Virus record (IMG/VR): IMGVR_UViG_2595698395_000001
Coordinates: 8,370 to 72,369 of that record
DNA length: 64,000 nucleotides
Reading direction: 5' to 3' (one strand)
Origin: a virus
Lineage: Duplodnaviria; Caudoviricetes
Shown here: one piece after another, positions 7,991-16,953 of the stretch
How the letters are laid out: each line of letters starts with the position of its first letter
Numbering within the stretch: position 1 is the stretch's first letter
Notes under the pieces: generated by a model
What the model was told of the DNA's origin: nothing
Database searches by the model: none
What the model saw: the letters and a program-made list of their open reading frames with translations, nothing else
Made by a program: the position numbers and the translations under genes

Positions 7991-8036
7991 TATTGCAGGT
8001 AACAATGTTATATAACTAATTCAAAAAACTGAATCT

Positions 8037-8273
8037 ATGGAAACTACTGCAAAACAAGTGACTTTAAATATAATAGATGGTAAATTTACATCTTTAGAAT
8101 TGCAAAATTTACTTCAATTAATTGCACAAGAGTTGAAATTACAAACTACATCCAATTATGCTAAAGAAAACAAACTATCTTTTAATGGAGTTAAAAACTT
8201 TAGGCCTCATATTTTAATTGATGGAATCAAATTTCATTCAGACGGAATTATAGAAAATAGCTTACCTTTTTAA
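8037..8273 (+). CDS. Hypothetical protein, possibly DNA-binding
   Basis: 78-aa ORF immediately upstream of the integrase. Confidence 0.55.
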   Translation: METTAKQVTLNIIDGKFTSLELQNLLQLIAQELKLQTTSNYAKENKLSFNGVKNFRPHILIDGIKFHSDGIIENSLPF

Positions 8274-8291
8274 TAAAAAAAACTTCGGGAA

Positions 8292-9578
8292 ATGGCAACA
8301 ATAAGACTAGTAACAAGAAGCAAGAAAAACCCTTGCAATTTAAACATTCGATTTTCTGCAGGAAGGGAGAACAACTTCTACTTGCCTACAAAAGTCTTTG
8401 TTAATCCAAACCATTGGGATAATAAAAAATCGAACTACAAAAACTCTAGCGAAATAGAAGATAGAATGATTAAAGCGGCTAAATTTGAACGCTTAAAATC
8501 TGATATTTTAAACGAGTATAACACTGCTTATATGAATGGCGAAGTTACCGATCCTCAATGGCTAGAAGAAGTTGTTAAGGACCTGTTTGATCGTCCAGAA
8601 AAAGAGAAAGGAAACAAAGTTCGTGAGCATTTTGTGTACTACTTGGATTTTTGTGAGTATTGGTTGAAGGAAATTGCACCGACCTGGAAGACAGAAAAGA
8701 ATAAATTCATGTCAAAAAGAGCAATTCAACAGTACGACACCTTCGTATTGGCCTTTAAAAATTTTCAAAACAGTTCTACAGGAAGGAGATATCGTATAAA
8801 AGATGTAAATAGTGTTGTTTTAAACGATTTCTCGACTTATCTGTGTGACGAATCTAAGTTTGCCCCTACGACATCGAAACGTTTAGTAGGTCGCGTTAAA
8901 TTCTTTTTAAACAGAGCAGAGAAGACCGGAATAAAAACAGATCCAAGCTTTAAAGAACGAGTTTATGTATCTAAAGAGGAAGGAGATATTTTGGTTCCGT
9001 ATCTTAACGAAGAGGAAATTAGTAGAATTTTCAATTTAAACCTGGAGCACGATCATATTTTAGATAACATCCGGGATAGTTTTATAATTAGTTTGTGGTC
9101 GGGTCTTAGAATTTCGGATTTCAATAATAACCTGAAGGCCGATAACATAGAAGGAGATTATATTAGTATAAAAACAAATAAGACTGGTAGTTGGGTGACA
9201 ATTCCACTTCATAACCAAGTTAAATTCGTGCTTAGTAAGCGTTTTGGTAATTTGCCAGCTAAATTTAGTGACAAGCTTTTTAATAAGCACATCAAAACAA
9301 TATGCATGCTTGCCGAAATTGACGAAGATATTAAAGGGAAGTTATTCGATAAAGAAACGAAGCGCAAACTTACGGGTATCTATCCAAAGTATAAATTAAT
9401 TAGTTCGCACTCTGGACGTCGAAGTTTTGCCAGTAACCTCCATGGCTTCGTGCCTAATCACATACTTTCGGATCTTGGTGGTTGGTCCAGTGAAAAAATG
9501 ATGCTTCACTATGTTAAACGAACAAAAAAAGAAAGTGCAGAAATTTTAAAAAACATTTGGGATGAAAAATATAAATAG
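8292..9578 (+). CDS. int: Tyrosine recombinase/integrase of Bacteroidota phage/transposon type (arm-binding N-domain, SAM-like and catalytic domains)
   Basis: SGLRISD (R), KT, SSHSGRRSFA (HxxR), LGGW...HY (catalytic Tyr). Confidence 0.92.
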   Translation: MATIRLVTRSKKNPCNLNIRFSAGRENNFYLPTKVFVNPNHWDNKKSNYKNSSEIEDRMIKAAKFERLKSDILNEYNTAYMNGEVTDPQWLEEVVKDLFDRPEKEKGNKVREHFVYYLDFCEYWLKEIAPTWKTEKNKFMSKRAIQQYDTFVLAFKNFQNSSTGRRYRIKDVNSVVLNDFSTYLCDESKFAPTTSKRLVGRVKFFLNRAEKTGIKTDPSFKERVYVSKEEGDILVPYLNEEEISRIFNLNLEHDHILDNIRDSFIISLWSGLRISDFNNNLKADNIEGDYISIKTNKTGSWVTIPLHNQVKFVLSKRFGNLPAKFSDKLFNKHIKTICMLAEIDEDIKGKLFDKETKRKLTGIYPKYKLISSHSGRRSFASNLHGFVPNHILSDLGGWSSEKMMLHYVKRTKKESAEILKNIWDEKYK

Positions 9579-9828
9579 TATGGAAAATAATAAAAATATT
9601 CCTTGGTACGATAAGTCAAAAAAGGATTTAATGTTGGATCACAGTAAAGGTTGGGATTGTCCTGATTGTGGAATTAATTTACCTAGCGGTATTGTTGGAA
9701 TTTCTAGCCATTGGGCGCAGTGCGGAGGTAAAGAAATGCATGAAAATATTGTTGATTTTTTTGATAGAAAAAGTAATGATTTTAATGAGTTAAAAGATAT
9801 ACTAAAAAATAATACTGATGGAGAATAA
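9562..9828 (+). CDS. Small zinc-finger protein
   Basis: CPDC...H...C; the start may be the second Met. Confidence 0.55.
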   Translation: MKNINSMENNKNIPWYDKSKKDLMLDHSKGWDCPDCGINLPSGIVGISSHWAQCGGKEMHENIVDFFDRKSNDFNELKDILKNNTDGE

Positions 9829-10168
9829 TATAATAGTACACGAAAATTATGCTGTTCATTTTAAAATGAGTGATGGTTGGATTAATTTTACAGCATATTT
9901 TATAATCAAAGGAAGTATAGGTCAAGTTGAAACTTTCTGGTACACAGATAAGGACGACGAGCAAAAAACACTAAAAGATTTTGATGAAAATAAAGCATTC
10001 CATAAATTAAAAGGAAGTTATGTTTGGCGTGGAGTTTGGGAAGGAAGATTATACTTCACTGACGAAGAATATTGGAGTGAAGATTTAAAAGAATTGAGCG
10101 ACTTATTTAGTGACACCATCGAGCCTTTTTGTAAAGAAAAAATCACAGAATATAACGATAAAAAATAA
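9818..10168 (+). CDS. Hypothetical phage protein
   Basis: 116-aa ORF overlapping the previous stop. Confidence 0.65.
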   Translation: MENNIIVHENYAVHFKMSDGWINFTAYFIIKGSIGQVETFWYTDKDDEQKTLKDFDENKAFHKLKGSYVWRGVWEGRLYFTDEEYWSEDLKELSDLFSDTIEPFCKEKITEYNDKK

Positions 10169-10255
10169 TAATGGATGCAATCCTGGCGAAGATCTTTATC
10201 ACAATAATTAAACGATTTTAAAATTGTGGCATCGTAACTTTAAAAACAGGACACA

Positions 10256-10290
10256 AAAAAACCCTTACTAGTAATATAGTAAGGGTTTTT
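10256..10290. terminator. Bidirectional intrinsic terminator between convergent operons
   Basis: AAAAACCCTTACTA-gtaata-TAGTAAGGGTTTTT. Confidence 0.85.
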
Positions 10291-10324
10291 AATTTTATGG
10301 TTCTATTTAAAAAATTTCTATAAC

Positions 10325-10567
10325 TTATCTTTTTGCGTTAAAATTAATTTCTGAGTTTATTGCTTTTAATATTCTTGATGCTGTAACTATAGAGGGTCGT
10401 TTTAGCCCTCTGATTATCTTTGAAATATCGCCCTGACTTATACCCGTTTCGCGAGAAATGAAGCCCTGTGTAATTCCTAAATCTTGCATTCTTTCGCTTA
10501 CGTAGTCCGCAAACTGCATAATAATCTCTTGTTCTGTTTCCGTGTGATCGATATAAGTCTGAGCCAT
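10325..10567 (-). CDS. XRE-family (Cro/CI-like) HTH regulator
   Basis: GITQGFISRETGISQGDISKIIRGLKRPS. Confidence 0.88.
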   Translation of the reverse strand: MAQTYIDHTETEQEIIMQFADYVSERMQDLGITQGFISRETGISQGDISKIIRGLKRPSIVTASRILKAINSEINFNAKR

Positions 10568-11062
10568 AATATTAAAAAGTTTTAATTCGTTCTACTAGTG
10601 CGCCCCTTTCATTTATAGAAAGTTCTTCGAAAGTTCTGTTATTCATATGCCATCGTCCGTTTAAAACTTGATAGTTAGTATTCGGTCTTGGTATTTCTTC
10701 CTTTATTTCTCTGATTGTTTCTAATATTCCAAACATAGTATTTTGTTTAATTTGTTTCTTTTTTAAACTGCTTCTTTTGATCTCTTTTTGGCGGCAAAGT
10801 TCCGCTAATAGTTCCGCCTGTTATTAGGCACTTGTTTTGTTCCCACCAAGCAGGAACTAATTTTTTTTGTGTCGTTTCCATGTTATAACAATAATAAGAT
10901 TGATATTGATAAAATTAAAATAATCGTCCAATAATAGACGTCTTTAAATGTCGGCTTTTTCATAATAGTAAACCGTAAATGTTAATTGATATTCCTATTA
11001 CCCAAAGAATTAGCACGGTTAAAATCACCGTGCTATCTTTAATTTTTATGTCCTTCATACTT

Positions 11063-11356
11063 TTAATTTAAAATTGATACGTGTGTAAAAATTAAATACT
11101 TTTTTTCCTCGTCAATTTCAAGAAAATATTCGTTTTTAAGTGCCCAACCTTTGCAAAATATCTGCATATTTTCAACCATTTTATCTAGTCCTATTTTATC
11201 TTTTAAATTATATAAATCGTTATAAAATTCTGGCATTGGATCTTTTAGCGTTTCGGGTCTGTCAAATTTTACAACGTATTGCCCTTTGTTTTCTACGTGT
11301 TTTTTGTTGTACTCGTTTATTTTCTGTATCATGTCTTTATTTTTTTGGTTCTTCAA
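11063..11356 (-). CDS. Hypothetical early protein
   Basis: ORF track, co-oriented early block. Confidence 0.55.
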   Translation of the reverse strand: MKNQKNKDMIQKINEYNKKHVENKGQYVVKFDRPETLKDPMPEFYNDLYNLKDKIGLDKMVENMQIFCKGWALKNEYFLEIDEEKKYLIFTHVSILN

Positions 11357-11630
11357 TATTAATATACTGCTTATACTCTTTTCCTGTTTTCTTACTGGTC
11401 CGTAAAATGTACAAACTACCGCGCGAACTTTTAAAAACTGGGTAACTAGTTCCTTTAATATCGATAGTAAACTTAGTTTTTACCGCTTCGGTTGCTGTTT
11501 TGGCCGTTTCTACCTTAACGAGCTTGTCACCGTTGACCACATATGTAGGTTTTTTTGATTGAGCGAAGCTACAAGACGATATAAGTATTAAAATTCCCGT
11601 AATTGTGCCTAAAATGTTTCTTTTTTTCAT
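11337..11630 (-). CDS. Small exported basic protein (probable start MKKRNILG)
   Basis: Signal peptide ILILISSCSFA-Q; C-terminal YPVFKSSRGSLYILRTSKKTGKEYKQY. Confidence 0.6.
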   Translation of the reverse strand: MKKRNILGTITGILILISSCSFAQSKKPTYVVNGDKLVKVETAKTATEAVKTKFTIDIKGTSYPVFKSSRGSLYILRTSKKTGKEYKQYINIEEPKK

Positions 11631-11881
11631 GTTGTTTAATTTATTTGATTTTAAAAAAATGGTTGTACCTTCCTTTTGAGGTTTCAAACCTCGTTTTAAT
11701 AAATCCGTTTACCTCTCCAGAATATGAAACCATACTTTTATATTCTCCAAGGTTAAACGCTTTGCAGATTTGCAAAACTTCTTCTTTTACTTCCTTCATA
11801 ATGTTTAATTTAATATTAATTAGTTCCTTAGTTGGTAGCGAACCAATAAAATGCGCTTTGCATCTAAGGAGTGGGTTTGGT

Positions 11882-12448
11882 TTATATACTTCTAAAGTAA
11901 TGGCCGTTACTCTCTGAATAGTCATACATTAAGTCCCTTGCTGCTCTTTCCCAGTCAATACAATTGTGAGGCCATGAATTTGATATTTCAACGCCTGTTT
12001 GTTCTGCTAAATCTTCTGCAAAATCTTCATCGCTATTGTATTGACCTGAATAACTATCCTCTAATGCATCAAAAAATTCGTCTATATCATTAATGTCATA
12101 GCTTCCTAGTTCTGCGAATGCTTCTACAATATCAGCATCATAAAAACAATTATCTAACCTATCAAAGTATTCAAATAATTTTTCAAAATCCATACTTTCA
12201 GAATAAAAAGCCTTTGGGAAATCCTCAAAATCTGTTATCATTGTTTCTTCTCTTGGACTGTCTAACGGACTTTTTTCGTCGCACTCTTGGAAGTGGTTTA
12301 AAATATACTCGTTCAATTCTTCTGCATCGCTAAATTGGTCTAACTCTACCCAGTGCCCAAACTCGAATTGTGTCCCATTGTTATAGCTTGCATAATCAGT
12401 TAAAAATATTCTTCCCTTTGTTGCTGTACTTGTTGTTGCTGTTGTCAT
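11882..12448 (-). CDS. ardA: Antirestriction protein ArdA (DNA mimic)
   Basis: Highly acidic; IFLTDYASYNNG..GHWVEL, ITDFE, YSGQYNSDEDFA, IDWERAARDLMYDY..NGHYF. Confidence 0.88.
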   Translation of the reverse strand: MTTATTSTATKGRIFLTDYASYNNGTQFEFGHWVELDQFSDAEELNEYILNHFQECDEKSPLDSPREETMITDFEDFPKAFYSESMDFEKLFEYFDRLDNCFYDADIVEAFAELGSYDINDIDEFFDALEDSYSGQYNSDEDFAEDLAEQTGVEISNSWPHNCIDWERAARDLMYDYSESNGHYFRSI

Positions 12449-12496
12449 AATCGTATCTTTTAAAATGTTTATTAATTTGTTTTTGTTCTGGTGAGC

Positions 12497-12679
12497 TTAT
12501 TTGGTTAGTTCCATGTCCTTTATGTAACTATCCTTTAAAGAAACTGCTTCTTTCTTTGGGTACTTGTCGGACCATACTAAAAAGCGTTTAAATCCTTCTA
12601 GTGAGTAACCAAGGTATTCAAAATATAGTTTTGAATTTTTTATTGTTCTGGTGTAAGTGGTGTTTACTTCTAATTCCAT
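12497..12679 (-). CDS. Hypothetical early protein
   Basis: ORF track. Confidence 0.5.
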   Translation of the reverse strand: MELEVNTTYTRTIKNSKLYFEYLGYSLEGFKRFLVWSDKYPKKEAVSLKDSYIKDMELTK

Positions 12680-12839
12680 AACCTTATCTTTTATTTGTTA
12701 CCTAATAAATACCTTATAACGGTATTAATTTTGTTCTTCTCGTTTAATTCTTTCAGCTCTTTAGCTGTATAAACGTTTACTCTTGCGCCTGCATGTATAA
12801 TTGTCAAGCCTGTTTTTGTCTGTGCCATTGGTGAGGGGT

Positions 12840-13196
12840 TTAAATTGTTGTTTTATTGTTTGATGTCTCTAGTAATATGTTTATTCTACTTAATTTTATT
12901 TCAAGTTCTTTTTTTTCTAGTAGTAATTTATCCTTTAGTATTTCTTCTTTACTTTTAACCTCTTCAATAGACTCTATTTTTTTAGTAACAAATTCTATTT
13001 CTTGATCTAATTTTAAAGCTTCTTTTAAACTCGTCGGATTAAGTTCTATGTAGTCATCAGTATTTGAGTCATTAAGATCCGACTCACCGTTTAAAGCTTT
13101 TTTTCTTGCTTCCTCTTCATTTTCTGCGATTACTGTGTGATACTCAGTAATAAAACAAAGGTCTATATTTGATATTTCAATTTTAAATGTCTTCAT
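12840..13196 (-). CDS. Hypothetical early protein
   Basis: VIAENEEEARKKA motif typical of small phage proteins. Confidence 0.6.
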   Translation of the reverse strand: MKTFKIEISNIDLCFITEYHTVIAENEEEARKKALNGESDLNDSNTDDYIELNPTSLKEALKLDQEIEFVTKKIESIEEVKSKEEILKDKLLLEKKELEIKLSRINILLETSNNKTTI

Positions 13197-13658
13197 AACT
13201 CTATTATTTTAAGTAATCCGTGTTTAAATCTCCGTTAATTAATCCTATTACTAAACTTCCAATAGTTACCGCAATAACTCCAAGAAATAAAACCTTAATT
13301 AATAACTCTACTTTGTTCGTGTTTTCTAATACTCTGTTTAATGTCTTCATAATATTTATGTTTTAAATGTTTGTTTTTTGGTTTAAACTACTCAGCCATT
13401 CTTTTATTTGAATAGCTTTATATTTATCTTTATTTAATTTTTGTGTTATACTCTTTTGCCAAGTTTCAAAAATTACTTCGTTTGTGTGTTTGTTTACTAT
13501 TACCCAACTCATAGTCTTCTATCTTGTTGAATTAAACCTATCTATTATAATTTTGTCGATGTCTGCTTTTAATAAAATAGCCTCCTCAAATGTGAACTCG
13601 TTTACTGGGCAATCTAAACTTTCCAGGTATTCAGCAAATTTTAAGTAATCGTTCATGT

Positions 13659-13961
13659 CTATTGTGTTTTAGTTATTATAAAATCAAGTTCACCGCTATT
13701 GTTGTAATCTATAATGTAGTTCCCTTTTTTGTACCATCTTGGTAAAAGTTTTTCATCAACCTTATTGAGTGTAGATTTGATACTCCTAATATCTATATTA
13801 TCAATAATTTTATTTAGTTCTTTTTTATTGTCTTCTCTTTTGTTGTGATAGCTTGTAAACTGTCCACCTAACGCCGATAAATTAAAAGGTGTTGTATTAT
13901 ATGTATTTTCCGTTATATGTCTGTAAATAGCTGTTTTTAAAGTTTCAAAGTTTCTTTGCAT
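13659..13961 (-). CDS. Hypothetical early protein
   Basis: First ORF of the leftward early block. Confidence 0.55.
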   Translation of the reverse strand: MQRNFETLKTAIYRHITENTYNTTPFNLSALGGQFTSYHNKREDNKKELNKIIDNIDIRSIKSTLNKVDEKLLPRWYKKGNYIIDYNNSGELDFIITKTQ

Positions 13962-15211
13962 GTCTTTAGTTTTAAATGGTTAATACTCTTTAATTAGCTA
14001 GGCAGTTAGTAGCGAGCTAAATCCAATCTCTTTTATACCTTATATATAGGTATTAGATTCTGCCTAATTTTATGCTTACCAATATGTCAATGAACTTTGC
14101 GCCTCTCGCAACCCCTATAAACGTTGGGCCTACATCCTTACGCATGGCTAAAGTACATATAATTAATGGATATATAAAAAAAAAGATGTCTATTCGTTAT
14201 CACTTGTTTTTATGGCTATTTTAAGATCAATAGATATTTCTTATAGGTCAATGAATCCAGGCCATTAGACGTGTTCTTATTGTGGTTTACATGCACCTAT
14301 ATAATAGGACTATTTAAAGACCTGTATAAATAAAGGGTAATTGTCGTAGTTTTTAAGTATTGTAGATGTGTGGGTTTTGTTTGTCACTAACACGTAAACA
14401 CACGCAGAAAATAAAATTGTGGTCCAGATCCGGAGAACTAAGCGAGATCTGGACGTTTATACCTTATTATAGTACATCATTACTGGAATATAGTTGCCCG
14501 TTGTGCATTGGTTGTTCAAATATTGCACGTATGAAGCGTAACTTTCTGTAAATTAGTAGGTTAATTGCTAAAAGGCGTGCCCATAGTAGGAGTACGCACA
14601 ATTAGTATGATTCAAAACTCACAAATTAGTAGCATGCAAAAAGTCAAAAATCTAACTGGACACATATCGAAATGCACCCCCGTGGGGTAAATATCTCGAG
14701 TTTTCCTTTCGACCGGGATCGCTCGATACTAGTACTCCATCCCCACAACATTATCACGAGAGATTTTTTGGAATAAAAAAAGGCACCGACTATAAATCGA
14801 TACCTTTTAGATGTGGGTCTCCTTTCTTTGGGTTAAACTTCCGTTATGTAAATATAGGTTAATTATTCTTAAAATCAGTAGTTTCTATCTATACTATATA
14901 AAGTAAGATAGGATTTCTCCTTTATATTACTGGTTATTAATAAGTTACGATATTTTCATTGGGCTGAGGGTGTGTCTAACTTTCATTATCTGAGACGTTT
15001 AGACATTCTGTAAAATGCTAACTTTCATCCTGAGTGAAAGTTAGACATTGGAATTACATACGATTTTTATATTAGAATCAAAAGTTTTATTATATATTTG
15101 TCTAGCCGACCTTCACATTAAGGCGAAAGATATTCAAGGACCTATATAATTTGGAATCAGGGTGAAGGCTGAGGAAGGGTTGTACTAGGTCTTTTTTTAA
15201 AGGGGAAAAGT
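13962..15211. other. ~1.25-kb non-coding divergent region (candidate genome terminus, packaging site or origin)
   Basis: No convincing ORF; several palindromes and CTAACTTTCA repeats; separates leftward early from rightward middle genes. Confidence 0.5.
15093..15100 (+). promoter_or_regulatory. Bacteroidota sigma70 -7 element
   Basis: TATATTTG fits TAnnTTTG, upstream of the middle operon. Confidence 0.6.
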
Positions 15212-15661
15212 ATGGGATTACTATCAACACATCATCACAGACATACTAAAAAAGTGTATGAAAAGTCTAATATCAACATTACAGAAAAAAGAGCTCCAAC
15301 GGACGAAAGTGTTAAGTTGTTAAAAGAGTTTCAGGAAAAGGCTATTAAAAACCTAATCGATAGCGTTAGGATTAATACTATGGGAATAGATGTCATGGTG
15401 TTTATTTTTAATCAGGAAATGATTACGGATGAAGTAGAGCTAATGGTATCATTTAATATAAATGGAAACAATTATAGACTAGTCGAAAAGATTTTTCGCG
15501 GAGAATATCAGAACGGAATAAGAAAGAAACTTGGGCACTTAGATTTCAGTCGTGCTGTATCATATACTATACACGAGATTTTATCTAAAGCAATAGCTAG
15601 GGAGATTATGCTTAAGGCTCCGCAGATGAATGAGATACTTAGAAGTTTAAAAAGTCATTAA
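15212..15661 (+). CDS. Hypothetical phage protein
   Basis: EKRAPTDESVKLLKE motif. Confidence 0.65.
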   Translation: MGLLSTHHHRHTKKVYEKSNINITEKRAPTDESVKLLKEFQEKAIKNLIDSVRINTMGIDVMVFIFNQEMITDEVELMVSFNINGNNYRLVEKIFRGEYQNGIRKKLGHLDFSRAVSYTIHEILSKAIAREIMLKAPQMNEILRSLKSH

Positions 15662-15681
15662 CAGTAAAAGGGGGAAAAGTT

Positions 15682-16041
15682 ATGAAAGCAAACGAATTAA
15701 GAAAAGGTGTTTACGTAAGAGACAGGGGTGGTAAAGAACTGTTAATAGATTTTATTGATATGCCTAACAATAAGGTAGGTATGAATATGTTAGTCATGGG
15801 TGTTCCTGTTCACCCTTTAACAGAATTTATTGACTACTTGCAGCCAATACCATTAACAAAAGAGTGGTTGGAACGGTTTGAAGTTTTAAATCCAGAGTAT
15901 CCTTATTCTTTTGAGGTAGCAATAATAGGCGGTGAGTATAGAATTATTTGGAATGGAATTATGAAAGAGGTTAGATACGTAAACCAACTACAAAACCTTT
16001 ATTTCGCACTTATAGGAGAAGAACTAACAATTAAAAACTAA
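15682..16041 (+). CDS. Bacteroidota phage protein (YopX-like)
   Basis: MKANELRKG...PIPLTKEWL...YVNQLQNLYFALIGEEL. Confidence 0.65.
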   Translation: MKANELRKGVYVRDRGGKELLIDFIDMPNNKVGMNMLVMGVPVHPLTEFIDYLQPIPLTKEWLERFEVLNPEYPYSFEVAIIGGEYRIIWNGIMKEVRYVNQLQNLYFALIGEELTIKN

Positions 16042-16051
16042 ATTTAAAACT

Positions 16052-16564
16052 ATGAACCTAAGTATTAAAACAAGTAAATCACAAGTAGTATCACAATACA
16101 ATTGGATAGCCAAGGTTGACAGAGTTAAATATGATGGCTATAAGTTTAGGTATCTAGAAGCAGTTGCATACGGACAAACCGAAGAACATGCATACAACAA
16201 GCTAAAAGATAACTTAGAAAAAATGGGCCATACCGTTATAAAGGAAGAAAACAAAATTACTCCTAGAATAAAAACGGATGAATTAGGTTGGTCGGAGATA
16301 GTCAACTTAATAGGCAACGAAGATATTAGTCCGGCAGAAATACTAACGGAGATCGCGTTAGACAAACAGAGTATTGAGAAGGACATATTGATTGCTGAGA
16401 CAAAGCTACAGCGTTTAAAAACTAAAGAATTACAATTAAAAACTTCGGCATTACATGTTATGAAGTATACAAAGAAGGAGTTTCCGTTGGTGGTAATTAA
16501 CGACGGATTTATTGTTGTTGTAACTAAGGACGAAATAACCATAGAAAGTAACGTAATAAAATAA
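16052..16564 (+). CDS. Hypothetical protein
   Basis: ORF track. Confidence 0.6.
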   Translation: MNLSIKTSKSQVVSQYNWIAKVDRVKYDGYKFRYLEAVAYGQTEEHAYNKLKDNLEKMGHTVIKEENKITPRIKTDELGWSEIVNLIGNEDISPAEILTEIALDKQSIEKDILIAETKLQRLKTKELQLKTSALHVMKYTKKEFPLVVINDGFIVVVTKDEITIESNVIK

Positions 16565-16567
16565 CCA

Positions 16568-16735
16568 ATGGGATATAAAGACGAGAACATCAAGCACAGA
16601 ATGGGGTTTAATACTAGTAAACCTAAATACAAATGCCCTTATTGCAAGGGCGGCATAGGCGTTAAGGCATCTTTTGTGAGTTGTCCTACATGCAAGAAGG
16701 TAGTAGACGGAGACGATTTAATAACAAGTAAATAA
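16568..16735 (+). CDS. Small zinc-ribbon protein, 55 aa
   Basis: Manual ORF with CPYC and CPTC. Confidence 0.55.
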   Translation: MGYKDENIKHRMGFNTSKPKYKCPYCKGGIGVKASFVSCPTCKKVVDGDDLITSK

Positions 16736-16743
16736 AGGGGATT

Positions 16744-16914
16744 ATGGAATACATAAGTGTAAAAGAAAGATTACCAAAAGATAATAGATTCAGACACGTT
16801 ATGTGTACTGATGGAGTTAATATATGTTATTATTGTGAGTTTGGAGAAAACTGGTTTAATAGACAGCATGACTGTATTTACAATGTCGTATCATGGCAAG
16901 AACTACCAGATTAA
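16744..16914 (+). CDS. DUF551-like phage protein, 56 aa
   Basis: Manual ORF MEYISVKERLP...VVSWQELPD. Confidence 0.65.
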   Translation: MEYISVKERLPKDNRFRHVMCTDGVNICYYCEFGENWFNRQHDCIYNVVSWQELPD

Positions 16915-16953
16915 GTAGATGTAAATATATCAATGTAACTAAATAAAACTAAA

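Larger units (their letters stand above)
3898..8022. mobile_element. Integron-like gene cassette array (~11 units) with attC-like hairpins
   Basis: GTT..AAC units with self-complementary ends: 4068-4260, 4380-4494 (degenerate), 4611-4860, 5061-5193, 5296-5487, 5605-5783, 6028-6190, 6257-6556 (degenerate), 6642-6828, 7018-7186, 7228-8003, separated by imperfect inverted repeats. Confidence 0.8.

Noticed and set aside
3898-8022. CRISPR array or simple terminator explanation for the repeated hairpins
   Set aside because: Repeats are not identical, spacing is 250-800 bp and coding, most hairpins lack U tails, and terminators would not explain unit-specific GTT/AAC end complementarity.
14366-14551. 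61-aa ORF in the large intergenic region
   Set aside because: It is isolated, has atypical composition and lacks an A-rich leader.
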